Positions 30,554 to 40,823 are shown, counted from the first letter of the stretch. The stretch: 52,141 nt of DNA from Coleofasciculus chthonoplastes F2-STO-03 (GCA_040222015.1 JAVJWO010000004.1:1-52141), one strand, 5' to 3'. Notes: a model not told the origin generated them from the letters alone. Program-made: numbers and translations.

Positions 30554-31780
30554 CTAATTTAGAGGGGAGTGGACTAACTGTGTCAAGGTTGCTTCCATTA
30601 CCGCCGTGGTTTGCCCAGACACGGTAAAGACTACTGCTTCGCGATAGACACGTTGGGCGGCGTGGGATTGAAGATTAGCAGCGCCACTAGAGACAGTTAC
30701 CGCCGCATTGGTACACCGCCCTGCTAGGTTAATTGCCCACGCCCTTAGCTGTAGGGATTGGGGACGTTTTTTCCCCATGTAGGGGCGGGTTTCACCATTA
30801 TCATTTGTTGTCACCCGGATGTTTATAAACCCGCCATCATCTCCCCTATCTCCCCCATCCTCGATGTCAGCAGAATTTTCTGATAATGCGGCGATCATGG
30901 CGGCTTCACAGTCAGAGACTTCGGCGTTGAGATGATCAAAAGCATCTTGAATACATTCGAGTTGCTTGCGTTGATAAGCGGCGGCAATAATATCTAATCC
31001 GGCTTTAGCACAACCTAAGGCAAAAAACCCGTGATTTAATACATTTTTTCGATCCGTTTCATGAATCGCCCCGGCTTTTCTGAGGAATAAAACCGACTCG
31101 TTCGGTAAAAACCAATCCGTCAGACTCGCCGACACCGTATTCGTGGAATTCATCGCCGCTAGCACCATGGGTTGACTAAACGCGATCGCACCCCCAACTC
31201 CTTGCTCGGTCGAGGTAAAGGGTACTATACCATACAGTTCCCGACCATCGGGTAATGTCGCCCCAATCACAAAATCCTCAAACAAGCCAAAACCTGTAAC
31301 CCAAGGCACATTTCCAGTAATCTGATAGCCCCCATCCACAGGCGTCGCCTTGACGGGAGGATTTCCAGTGCGTCGCAGTTGGGAGAAACCCACCCCGACT
31401 AACGCCTCACCTCTCCCCATGCGGGGAAGATACTGCTGCTTTAAGCCATGATTGTCACTTTTTGCCAAAAATCCACCTGCACTCTGATGCTGAGTTTGCA
31501 GAAAAGCCAATGCGCCCGAATAGCGACAGACGTGTTGTTGGAAGTGAAAGAAGGTAACAGGATTCACCTCAGCACCTCCCCAATCTTGGGGAACCTTCAG
31601 CGCTAGCAGATGGCGATCGCCTAATCCTTGCAGTGCAATGCGTAATGCTTCCGTATCCTGATCGATCTGTGAGGCGCCAGGGGCAACAACTTCGCACAAG
31701 TAAGCATTCGCCACCTCTAAAATAGTGGACGGATTCGCGATCGCATGAGTAACAGTTGGATTAGCTGCGGTTCGTGACAT
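30554..31780 (-). CDS. Acyl-CoA dehydrogenase family protein carrying an in-frame repeat insertion
   Basis: VPQDWGG, YLPRMGRGEALVGVGFSQ, ITGNVPWVTG, AQRVYREA. Confidence 0.85.
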   Translation of the reverse strand: MSRTAANPTVTHAIANPSTILEVANAYLCEVVAPGASQIDQDTEALRIALQGLGDRHLLALKVPQDWGGAEVNPVTFFHFQQHVCRYSGALAFLQTQHQSAGGFLAKSDNHGLKQQYLPRMGRGEALVGVGFSQLRRTGNPPVKATPVDGGYQITGNVPWVTGFGLFEDFVIGATLPDGRELYGIVPFTSTEQGVGGAIAFSQPMVLAAMNSTNTVSASLTDWFLPNESVLFLRKAGAIHETDRKNVLNHGFFALGCAKAGLDIIAAAYQRKQLECIQDAFDHLNAEVSDCEAAMIAALSENSADIEDGGDRGDDGGFINIRVTTNDNGETRPYMGKKRPQSLQLRAWAINLAGRCTNAAVTVSSGAANLQSHAAQRVYREAVVFTVSGQTTAVMEATLTQLVHSPLN

Positions 31781-32333
31781 GGGTAAAGATACAATCCCTC
31801 CCTTCAACTATATAGGGTTTGCTGAATAGGGGGATAGGGAACGTAGAGACATTCCGGTGGAACGTCTGGGAGCAGGGGATGCTCAAAGTATTGATTAACG
31901 CCGCCAAAGATGGGCGATGAGACGATAGAGGAGAACAATCAGAAAGGGGGAACTAAACAGCAGACTCCAGAAGAAAATCGGTGAGAATAAAATAGATTCA
32001 ATGCCACTAATTTTAATAAAAAAGAAAGCTCAAAAAAAGACAAGCCAAACCTGGAAATGACGAATCGGCAAGAGATTCAGCTTTTTTGCAGCTATAAAGT
32101 AAGCAAAGAGTTGGGCTTAAAAATATTTTTTAATAGAGAGAATTGAAACTCGCTAAAAAAACGGTTTTGATCAGCAAATATTTTGCTTTTATTGTGGTAT
32201 ATTTTTTGAAAATGAAAACCCCCTGTTGCATAAGCTCTAGCTGCTCAGAGTTAGATCCGACTGAACAACCCTTAAACTATGGAGGTACAACTCTTGAGAC
32301 GATATCCTCGCCCACGTAGCCCCTGATACACGA

Positions 32334-33788
32334 GTGATGAGCAACCATTTGAGCGCCGTAAAAATCCCCACTAACACAGCTTCCCGATATTGGAGTGCGA
32401 TCGCGATTGATGCAGCCGGGAGACGCCAAATCCGGGAAATTACTGAAGCGAAGGCATTTTTCCTCGCATCATTCCCTGATTTTACCCCAGAGACTCAGGT
32501 ATCAGATTCCCAGGTTCAGCGTCAACTCTGGTACTGGATGCAGGAAGCAGAGGATGCATGTAGAGACGCGCCATGGCGCGTCTGGGGAGCAGATCAGAGG
32601 AGTATGGCTCAACTTTGTCTCAAATGCTTTATGTCGCAGCAAATTGACGCTGTTTGTCGGGGATTAGCCAGTCGGTTTGGTGCGGAACATGGCTTTACCA
32701 GTAGCGATTTATTACCCTTTGTCTTAGACGAAGAAATCGGTAAACCTCGCCGCCATTCTCCCACCTACCAATCCTTCCTCGATGAAATCTTACACAGTTT
32801 TGACCCCGAACAAAGCAGCCTCGCTACCTGGACTAGCCGTCTGGTGAAACACCATAAACCCCTCAATCAATTCTTACTCGAACATGGGATTTATTTAATT
32901 AGTGACTGGGCAATTTTAAATGATACCAAACCCAAACAACTACACCGTATTTTCGCCGAGTTTCACCACTTAACCCCATCAGAAATTCAACGCGCCCAAC
33001 AACTTCTCGATGCTTATCACGCCGTCTACCGCAGTCAACGCCTAAACCAACGTCTCGCTGGAGTTAAAGGAAAATGTCACCCTCCCACCCCCGAACAATT
33101 ACAGCAAATGGCGCAACGTCTCTCCCCTCCCCTACGCCCAGAAACCCTCCTGCGCCACCTGCAACTTATCGCCTCTCGACTGCGTGAGTACCGAATTTAT
33201 GTACGCAGCGGGAAGTTAAACAGTGAATCCCTGGATGCAACCCCTAATAAACCCCTCGATATCGCCTATTCTGAACCCACACCCGACGAACAAAACGAAT
33301 TTTTAACCGCCTATCGCCAACAGTTTCTTCAGGGTTTAGATACAGCCATCGCCCAAATCACAGGCGATCGCACTAAGAAATTACAGCGCCGAGATGCCCA
33401 AAAAGCCCAACAGTTTCTCACCGCGTTGGATCTGTTTCACTGTCAAGGACAATCCATGTCCGATATTGCCCGAAACTTTAACTATAAAGGACAATTTCAA
33501 GTTAGCCGTTTACTGAAACTGAAGGCTTTTCGCGCTGATATTCAACGAGAATTACTGGTTTATTTAAGCGATCGCATCCTGGAGAAAGCCCAACGCTATA
33601 CCAATAGACAACGGCTGCAAACTGTTCATCACCAGATTCAAGAGGCGATCGCAGAACAAGTAACCCAGGTGATAGAAGACGCGGCGACAGAAGCGAGTAC
33701 GGCTACCCATGAACGCCATCTAAAAACCCGCAGCCTCTTTGCTAAAAGACTCTGCCTTTATTTGGATAACAGGAGTAATATATCATGA
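32334..33788 (+). CDS. Cyanobacterial hypothetical protein with sigma-factor-like features and C-terminal HTH
   Basis: FDPEQSSLATW (sigma region 2-like), SESLD (region 3-like), GQSMSDIARNF..QFQVSRLL HTH; stop overlaps next start (ATGA). Confidence 0.65.
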   Translation: MMSNHLSAVKIPTNTASRYWSAIAIDAAGRRQIREITEAKAFFLASFPDFTPETQVSDSQVQRQLWYWMQEAEDACRDAPWRVWGADQRSMAQLCLKCFMSQQIDAVCRGLASRFGAEHGFTSSDLLPFVLDEEIGKPRRHSPTYQSFLDEILHSFDPEQSSLATWTSRLVKHHKPLNQFLLEHGIYLISDWAILNDTKPKQLHRIFAEFHHLTPSEIQRAQQLLDAYHAVYRSQRLNQRLAGVKGKCHPPTPEQLQQMAQRLSPPLRPETLLRHLQLIASRLREYRIYVRSGKLNSESLDATPNKPLDIAYSEPTPDEQNEFLTAYRQQFLQGLDTAIAQITGDRTKKLQRRDAQKAQQFLTALDLFHCQGQSMSDIARNFNYKGQFQVSRLLKLKAFRADIQRELLVYLSDRILEKAQRYTNRQRLQTVHHQIQEAIAEQVTQVIEDAATEASTATHERHLKTRSLFAKRLCLYLDNRSNIS

Positions 33789-35104
33789 CTTTCTACTCAA
33801 CCACTCAACCCGGGCTTGATGGTGACGCTTTCGCCATTGAAACCATCCAACTCTCTGACGATGCGATTGAACAAGCCGTTCACCTCGCCCAACCGATTGC
33901 CAATGAGGAACGCCAATGGCAAACCTATCTCAATGCTTTAGCCTTATTTGGGTTTGAGTCATGGTTAACCGAACGGAGTTCTGAATTGACGGTAAATCGC
34001 GATCGCACTTCCCTGTTCAACTCTGCAACTGCGAATCTGATTGAAGCGGTTTGTCATCTTCAAGTGAATGGGTTTAACCTCTGTCTGATTGCCCAAGGTA
34101 GTCTATCAGATGATCAGGTATCCTTACCCCGAACCGTTGTCGATATCCCCGAATTCATCCCCCATTTCTACGTCGTGGTAGACGTACAAGAGGAAGAGGA
34201 AACCGCCGTGGTTAAAGGGTTTATTTCCTATCCCCAACTCATCGAACACCGGGATACTCTGGGATTAACCCCTGAGGAGGATTGGACCTATTCATTCCCC
34301 CTCGATGGCTTTGACACCGAACCTAGTCACCTCCTCTTAGAATTACGCTGTTTAAACCCCAGCGCCATCCCCCTCCCCCCTATTCCCAGTGATCGCCGCC
34401 TGCAACTTGCCCAGATGCGATCGCAACTGGAAATCAAACTCCCCCAACTTCAGTCTCCGACATCTCAACTTTGGCACCATTTAACCTGGGAACAAGCCAC
34501 CCTCGTACTCACCCGTTCGGAGTTACGCACCTGGCTGTATCAACTGCAAACCGATCCCCAAAGCCAACCCACCCTCCGCAACTATCTATCTGATGTACTC
34601 AGCCGCATCACCCGAAACGTGATTAATGTGGGACACTGGTTACAGGATGAATTAGACGAACTTGCTCAAGAACTCTCCTGGCAACTTCTGCCTAGTTTAA
34701 CCCCAGCTACCGCCATGCGATCGCCTACCGCCGAATTGGATGCGATCGTGCAACAACTGGAGTACAATAACGTCCAAATTCCCCCCCAAGCAAAGGGAGC
34801 GTATCGTAATCTCCAGGTGGCAGACATCCCCCTGCGCTTGTATGCCATAACCTGGCCCCTCTTATCTGCAACCGTCCCCGAATGGGCGTTACTACTGATT
34901 TTAGGGACACAAACAGGTTTTCCAGAGGGGTTAACATTAGAGATTAGTGATCAAACAGAGATTTTAGTCGAACAAGAGTTAGAGGCGAATAGTTCCTATT
35001 TCTTCACCCGTGTAGTGGGAATGTGGCAAGAGACGTTTGTGGTCACGATTCGTTTAGGATCGGATATTGAACACATCCTGCCTCCCTTTGGCTTCAATCT
35101 CTAG
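33785..35104 (+). CDS. DUF1822-like protein
   Basis: WQTYLNALAL..FESWL, IPHFYVVVDVQEE, INVGHWLQDELDELAQELSW, beta-rich C-terminus. Confidence 0.75.
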   Translation: MTFYSTTQPGLDGDAFAIETIQLSDDAIEQAVHLAQPIANEERQWQTYLNALALFGFESWLTERSSELTVNRDRTSLFNSATANLIEAVCHLQVNGFNLCLIAQGSLSDDQVSLPRTVVDIPEFIPHFYVVVDVQEEEETAVVKGFISYPQLIEHRDTLGLTPEEDWTYSFPLDGFDTEPSHLLLELRCLNPSAIPLPPIPSDRRLQLAQMRSQLEIKLPQLQSPTSQLWHHLTWEQATLVLTRSELRTWLYQLQTDPQSQPTLRNYLSDVLSRITRNVINVGHWLQDELDELAQELSWQLLPSLTPATAMRSPTAELDAIVQQLEYNNVQIPPQAKGAYRNLQVADIPLRLYAITWPLLSATVPEWALLLILGTQTGFPEGLTLEISDQTEILVEQELEANSSYFFTRVVGMWQETFVVTIRLGSDIEHILPPFGFNL

Positions 35105-35109
35105 AATTA

Positions 35110-35625
35110 GAACTAAAGCCCTGAACTAAAGTACTCGAAGAGAAGCCGCTCCGCGTCTACGGGCTAAAAGCTAAAACCCGTTTTAACGGGTTCAAACTGA
35201 TATCTTGCCTCTTTGTCAGTGGGCTTGCTGCACAAAGCCAAAATCCTTAACCATCAATACTTTGAGCTTTATTGACAGAGAGTTTGATTCAATGAAATCG
35301 GGTAGCATCCTTCATAAGTATGGCATCACTTTGCTCAGGAAAAATGTACCCTTGCTCCCCCAGCTCCCCCAGCGTTCGACTGAACTTCGACAGGCTCAGG
35401 GGTCCGCGCTCACGCCGAAGTCTTCCCCAGCTTCAAGAGCTCCCCCTCACCACAACACTTATTCAGCAGCCCCTAAGCTAGTCCGCGCAGGCGGACTTTG
35501 TTTGTGTAGCTGCGACTTCTAGTCGCCAGGGCTTCTAGTCGCCAGGGCAAAAAAGGGGTTTCTATTAAAATAGAATATAAAACTTTTGGTTCCTTGGGTT
35601 AAAACCCAAGGCGGTTGGTGAGACT
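35110..35625. repeat. Patchwork of short palindromic and tandem repeats
   Basis: AACCCGTTTTAACGGGTT, CTTCGACAGGCTCAG, GTCCGCGCAGGCGGAC, duplicated CTTCTAGTCGCCAGGG, CCTTGGGTTAAAACCCAAGG. Confidence 0.65.
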
Positions 35626-35710
35626 GTAGCTTGAAATTTTGCTTCTGCTTCTGCCTTCTGCTTTTTTATGGTGTCATCTGCTCGATCCTGTAAACTACGA
35701 TTTTAGCCTC

Positions 35711-36628
35711 ATGACCTATTTATCCCTACCCCAACGACTTCACTCCCTCAGCTTGGCGACAGCGACGCTGCTGTTAACATTCCTATCGCCGATTTCCCTA
35801 TCCCCTAATCTGTCCCTATCTCTATCAACCCAGGTACAAGCCCAAACCTCTGAAGATCAGCTTGGTGCAGCCCAACAGTTGCTAGAGGAAGGAATTGATC
35901 TGTATCAGCAAGGTCAAATGCAGGAGGCGTTAAATCAACTAGAGGAAGCATCCAACCTATTTAAGCAAGGTGAAGCCCCCGCAGAAGAAACCATAACTCT
36001 GACCCAAATCGGTCTAATTTATGAGCATCGTCAACAGTATGATGATGCAATAAACGCTTACGAACAAGCCTTAAACCTAGCCAAAACCCTCGATGATCCT
36101 TACCAAGAAGCGATCATCCTCGATTATATGGGTTCAGTCTATTCAAGTCTAGAACAATATTCTCAAGCACTGGATCTGCACCAAAAGTCACTGGCACTTT
36201 TCCGAGAAGTGGATAATCGCCGCAGTGAAGGCATTGTATTGGGCAATATCGGCAAAGTTTACTTCGCTCAAGATCAAAGTGAGCCAGCAATCGATTCCCT
36301 GAAAGAAGCGTTAAGCATTTATCGGGACTTGGACGAAAAAATATTAGAAGGAGAGGTTCTTTATTACCTAGGATTATCCCATCAAAATTTAAAAGACTAT
36401 ACCCAAGCTTTAGACTTTCACGAGCAAGCCTTAGATATTTTCAACGCTGAAAATATCCCTGAGTTGCAAGCTTTAGCTTTATACAATATGGGGATAATCT
36501 ACAGTCAACAAGGCAAAGAAGAAATGGCGCAAACGTCTTATCAAGATGCCTTGGCGATTTTTGAAGAATTAGGAAATGAGCAAGGAGTTGCAGCTATTCG
36601 TTATCAAATAGAAACGCTTGACCAATAA
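35711..36628 (+). CDS. Secreted tetratricopeptide-repeat protein
   Basis: Signal-like N-terminus ending VQAQ; about six ~40 aa TPR-like units. Confidence 0.88.
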   Translation: MTYLSLPQRLHSLSLATATLLLTFLSPISLSPNLSLSLSTQVQAQTSEDQLGAAQQLLEEGIDLYQQGQMQEALNQLEEASNLFKQGEAPAEETITLTQIGLIYEHRQQYDDAINAYEQALNLAKTLDDPYQEAIILDYMGSVYSSLEQYSQALDLHQKSLALFREVDNRRSEGIVLGNIGKVYFAQDQSEPAIDSLKEALSIYRDLDEKILEGEVLYYLGLSHQNLKDYTQALDFHEQALDIFNAENIPELQALALYNMGIIYSQQGKEEMAQTSYQDALAIFEELGNEQGVAAIRYQIETLDQ

Positions 36629-36699
36629 TTGAGGGGTTACACTCCTTTCCATTTTTGCGGAACTGTCCTCAACTAGAATTCCCGAATGACTAATTACCC

Positions 36700-36930
36700 A
36701 TGAGAAATGACAAAGAACCGATTTCCAAAACCGAAGCCAAGCAACTCCTAGAACGTTTAGTATTTGACGATGAACGTCCTCAAGACTGGGTGCAGGATGT
36801 TTGGGGATTGAGTCCAACCTTAGGAGAAAGTGGTGCTAAATTGCTAGAGGTATTTGAATCTTTAATTGAATGTTGTCCTGATGATAAATTGGAAAATTTA
36901 ATCCAAATTTACTATCAGGATAAGTTGTAA
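36700..36930 (+). CDS. Small hypothetical protein
   Basis: 76 aa ORF with ATG start and natural composition, co-oriented with the TPR gene. Confidence 0.65.
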   Translation: MRNDKEPISKTEAKQLLERLVFDDERPQDWVQDVWGLSPTLGESGAKLLEVFESLIECCPDDKLENLIQIYYQDKL

Positions 36931-37070
36931 AGGGAACACCTCGACTTCGCTCGGTGTGTCACAGGGAACAGGGAACAGGAGGATATGAAGGTTGGCGAGA
37001 GTTCCCTCCCCTTGACGACGGGGAGGGTTAGGGAGGGGTCAAATGTTTTCCAGGGAAACAGCCTATTTAG

Positions 37071-37487
37071 TTAACGCTTACTCCTAGAAAGCAATATTGA
37101 CACATCAGCATGCATCAGAGCAATATTTGGATCACGTTGAATCGCTTGATAATAACGTTGCTCTCGATTAGTTCCCGTTTCATCAGGGGAAACCAGAGAA
37201 CGGGCTTCGTCTAAAAGTTCATTTGCCTGATGCAACGTTATCGGTTCTTTGGCACTCAACGCTTCATCAATCTGGACAATAAATTGAGAGAAAGGGCGTA
37301 GCCAACTAAACCATTCATCTTGGACAACCAGTTGGAAAAACTCTCCTTTTGAACGAATACGCCCATGAAACCGTTCATACCTATCGCGTTCCGAGTGGAG
37401 AAGGGCTTTATGCAGTTGCAGCAGCGCCCCACGCACATCGCGCAGGCGTTGAAAGGGTAGGTTTCCGGGAGAATAGGTAAATGACAT
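37071..37487 (-). CDS. Helical hypothetical protein
   Basis: 138 aa ORF, LLQLHKALL..ER..YE, FSWLRPFSQFIVQIDE. Confidence 0.75.
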   Translation of the reverse strand: MSFTYSPGNLPFQRLRDVRGALLQLHKALLHSERDRYERFHGRIRSKGEFFQLVVQDEWFSWLRPFSQFIVQIDEALSAKEPITLHQANELLDEARSLVSPDETGTNREQRYYQAIQRDPNIALMHADVSILLSRSKR

Positions 37488-37848
37488 GAACTAGGATTGC
37501 GATCGCGACTTTCTTTATCTTAGATTGAGTTTAACATTGGTGTAGCGTACCGTTCGCGATCGCGCTTTAAATTAAGTCAATAAAAAATAAGTTACTATAG
37601 ACAATCATACGTCTAATTTTATCACCCTATTTCTAATCCAGCAACGGGACAGCTAATCAAGCTGCAAATGACACCAACCCAGATCAAAAATATGCGATTA
37701 AACCGAGCATCAACAACGGATACACTATGGCTAAAGGATGTCTTGAATCGGGAAGGAAAAAAGTTTCGCGATCGCGTAAAATTGAACCCCGATAATACCT
37801 TAACACTACAGTGGGAATAATTGTAGCTTGCTTCTCGCAAAAGCGAGT

Positions 37849-37902
37849 ATGACAAATGACCAATGACAAATGACCAATGACAAATGACCAATGACAAATG
37901 AC
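37849..37902 (+). repeat. Heptamer short tandem repeat (ATGACAA/ATGACCA, STRR type)
   Basis: Direct reading; similar tracts near 15841, 17202, 42110 and 45812-45865. Confidence 0.85.
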
Positions 37903-40663
37903 GAACTCCACCGATTCCAGCTTTGCCGATACCCAAAGCCATTGGGCAAAAGACTCAATTCACCAGCTTTTTACCCGCCAAATTATCAGTGGTTATCCGG
38001 ATGGTAGCTTTCGCCCCAATAACTCCGTTACCCGGGCTGAATTTGCGGCAATTTTAAATAAGGCTTTTCCCCAAGTTACCCCGGTGCGCGATGCAATCAA
38101 CTTTCGCGATGTACCCGCCAATCACTGGGCAAATTCCGCGATTCAAACCGTTACCCGTGCTGGATTTTTCTCCGGTTATCCGAATGGAACCTTTCGCCCC
38201 AATCAACCCATTCCCCGTGTGCAAGCGCTGGTGGCATTAGTCAGTGGGTTACAGTATGACCGTGACCCGAATCCTAACCCAATTCTCCAACAATATTACG
38301 ATGATACGGCGGCTATTCCCAATTATGCACGAGGCGCGATCGCAACCGCAACCCGTCAGTTTTTAGTGGTTAACTATCCGGATGTCAGACGCCTACACCC
38401 GAATCGCAATGCGACACGAGGCGAAGTGGCTGCACTGATTAGTCGGGCGTTAAAACTTCCTGGCGTTCCCCGATACTATGTTCCCGGTTGGGATATTATC
38501 GCGATTGAACCGTTATTTGATGATGCGGATTCCTTTAGCCAAGAACGGGCGAGGGTCAAACTGGGAGAGAAATGGGGATATATTGATAAAACTGGGACAT
38601 TTGTTGTTGATCCGCAACTAGATGAAGCCGAACCCTTTTCCGAAGGAATCGCATTAGTAAGAATTGAGCAGACTGTCGCTAACTTAAGCGGCGTTCGTAG
38701 TCGGCACTTTAGTGCCAGAAGCGCTAAAGCGCTGACTACAAACTCTCAGAAGAATGATAACGATTTAGAGGGACATGATATAACACCACAGCAAAATCGA
38801 TTCCCCTCACCCGAAATTCGAGGCGTTTGGCTAACGACTACCGATAGCCAAGTTTTTAACTCCCCCAAAAACATGGCTGAGGCGATGGATTTCCTCGCCG
38901 AAACCGGATTTAATGTCGTTTTTCCGGTGGTTTGGAATAATGGGGCGACGCTTTATCCGAGTCCCCTAATGCGAGACACGGTGGGATGGGAAATTGATCC
39001 CCGGTTTACGGGACGCGATCCCCTCGCCGAACTGATTCAAGCGGCTAAGAACGTGGGATTAGCCGTAATTCCCTGGTTTGAATATGGCTTTGCCAGTTCC
39101 TATAACCAAAAGGGTGGACGCCTACTTGCCCAAAACCCAGATTGGGCGGCGCGGGATAGTCAAGGCAATTTACTCACCAAAAATAACTTTGAATGGCTGA
39201 ATGCGTTTGACCCCCAGGTGCAGGATTTTGTTATGGGACTTATCCTGGAAGTTATCCAAAATTACGATATTGCCGGAATTCAGGGGGATGACCGTTTACC
39301 TGCCCTACCCTCAGAAGGGGGGTATAATAGCCAAACAGTACAACGCTATGTGCAGCAGTTCAACCAGGAACCGCCTAAAAACCCAAAAGACGCCCAATGG
39401 CTACAATGGCGGGCGGATTTGCTAACTGATTTCCTGACTCGTTTATACCGACAGGTAGTGACGATTAATCCGGACCTGATAATTTCTATCGCACCGAGTC
39501 CCTATCCCTGGGGATTACAGGAGTATTTACAGGATAACCAAGCGTGGGCGGATCAGGGATTGGTGGATATGATACATCCCCAATTCTATCGCCGGGATTT
39601 TGCTAGTTATAAACAGCTTGTTGATCGGTTGGTGAATGACCAATTAAACCCAGTACAATTGTCTACGGTGATACCGGGAATCCTGATTAAAAGCGGGTCG
39701 TATCGCATCAGTTCCCAGGATTTAGTCCAGGCAATTGAGTACAATCGCGATCGCGGTTTAGCCGGGGAGGTGTTATTTTTCTACGAGGGCTTGCGCCAGG
39801 ATAATGATACCCTAGCCAAAGCCTTGCGATCGCACGTCTATGCTCAATCCGTTCCCTTCAACACTGCACAAGTAAAGGCACAAGGATTTACCCATCGCCG
39901 CGTTGGTGCTGAATATCGTTATATTGACCGCTTCGGGAATCTTGTCACTCAGCCTGAATTTGATTGGCTAGATTCGTTTCAGGAGGAACGGGCGCGAGTG
40001 CGAATGGGGTACAAGTGGGGCTATATTGACAAAACGGGACAACGGATCACTCGTTTAGACTTTGATGAAGCCAATCAGTTTGCGGAAGGATTAGCGCGAG
40101 TAAAAATTGGTAGTCGGTATGGGTATATCGATTTATCCGGTCAATGGGTAATTTCTCCCCAGTTTGATCAAGCGACTCGGTTCAGTGAAGGGTTAGCGGC
40201 GGTGAAGGTTGAAGATCAATGGGGTTATATCAATAAAATAGGTCAATGGGTGATTCCAACTCAGTTTGATCAGGCGGAGTTGTTCTCAGAAGGATTAGCG
40301 GCAGTACAACTCGCTTTTCAATACGGATATTGTGACTCAACGGGTCAACTGGTGATTCCCGCGAACTTTGACGCGGCGGGTTCATTTGCCCAAGGACTTG
40401 CCCCGGTTCAATTGCGCGATCGCTGGGGCTATATTAATCATACTGGAGCAGTAATCATTGATCCCCAATTTGATGCGGCTCAACCCTTTTCCCAAGAATT
40501 AGCCGCCGTCAAAATTGGATCATTGTGGGGGTATATCAATAAAAAGGGCGATCGGGTCATTTCACCAGAATTTGATCAGGTCAAACCCTTTAGTGACGGA
40601 TTAGCACCTTTTCAGAGGGGGAAACGATGGGGTTATATTCGTAATCTGTATGAAAAATCGTAG
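37898..40663 (+). CDS. S-layer homology domains + WG repeats + GHL10/DUF187 glycoside hydrolase-like domain
   Basis: GYPDGSFRPN..TRAE SLH motifs, EIRGVWL/IPWFEYG/GIQGDD catalytic-domain motifs, repeated WGYI..G...F..A..FSEGLA. Confidence 0.9.
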   Translation: MTNSTDSSFADTQSHWAKDSIHQLFTRQIISGYPDGSFRPNNSVTRAEFAAILNKAFPQVTPVRDAINFRDVPANHWANSAIQTVTRAGFFSGYPNGTFRPNQPIPRVQALVALVSGLQYDRDPNPNPILQQYYDDTAAIPNYARGAIATATRQFLVVNYPDVRRLHPNRNATRGEVAALISRALKLPGVPRYYVPGWDIIAIEPLFDDADSFSQERARVKLGEKWGYIDKTGTFVVDPQLDEAEPFSEGIALVRIEQTVANLSGVRSRHFSARSAKALTTNSQKNDNDLEGHDITPQQNRFPSPEIRGVWLTTTDSQVFNSPKNMAEAMDFLAETGFNVVFPVVWNNGATLYPSPLMRDTVGWEIDPRFTGRDPLAELIQAAKNVGLAVIPWFEYGFASSYNQKGGRLLAQNPDWAARDSQGNLLTKNNFEWLNAFDPQVQDFVMGLILEVIQNYDIAGIQGDDRLPALPSEGGYNSQTVQRYVQQFNQEPPKNPKDAQWLQWRADLLTDFLTRLYRQVVTINPDLIISIAPSPYPWGLQEYLQDNQAWADQGLVDMIHPQFYRRDFASYKQLVDRLVNDQLNPVQLSTVIPGILIKSGSYRISSQDLVQAIEYNRDRGLAGEVLFFYEGLRQDNDTLAKALRSHVYAQSVPFNTAQVKAQGFTHRRVGAEYRYIDRFGNLVTQPEFDWLDSFQEERARVRMGYKWGYIDKTGQRITRLDFDEANQFAEGLARVKIGSRYGYIDLSGQWVISPQFDQATRFSEGLAAVKVEDQWGYINKIGQWVIPTQFDQAELFSEGLAAVQLAFQYGYCDSTGQLVIPANFDAAGSFAQGLAPVQLRDRWGYINHTGAVIIDPQFDAAQPFSQELAAVKIGSLWGYINKKGDRVISPEFDQVKPFSDGLAPFQRGKRWGYIRNLYEKS

Positions 40664-40685
40664 GGGCGCACCGACGTGCGCCCGT

Positions 40686-40823
40686 GTCAACTTAAGCTAG
40701 AAAACCAATGCTGGCAAGGTTTTAAGCTGTGTCTATTTACTGCTTGACATTTCCCCCTCACCCCCAGCCCCTCTCCCAAGCTTGGGAGAGGGGCTGGGGG
40801 TGAGGGCTGTAGCTTAAGTTGAC
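40686..40823. mobile_element. 138 bp MITE with perfect 14 bp terminal inverted repeats
   Basis: GTCAACTTAAGCTA...TAGCTTAAGTTGAC with a long internal hairpin; partial copy from ~45556. Confidence 0.75.

Noticed and set aside
35205..35522. 105 aa ORF between the DUF1822-like and TPR genes
   Set aside because: Made of patchwork repeats with no recognisable domain
37622..37942. ORFs rich in VICHWSF/VIGHLS (also 45727-45921 and 46302-46484)
   Set aside because: Translations of short tandem repeats
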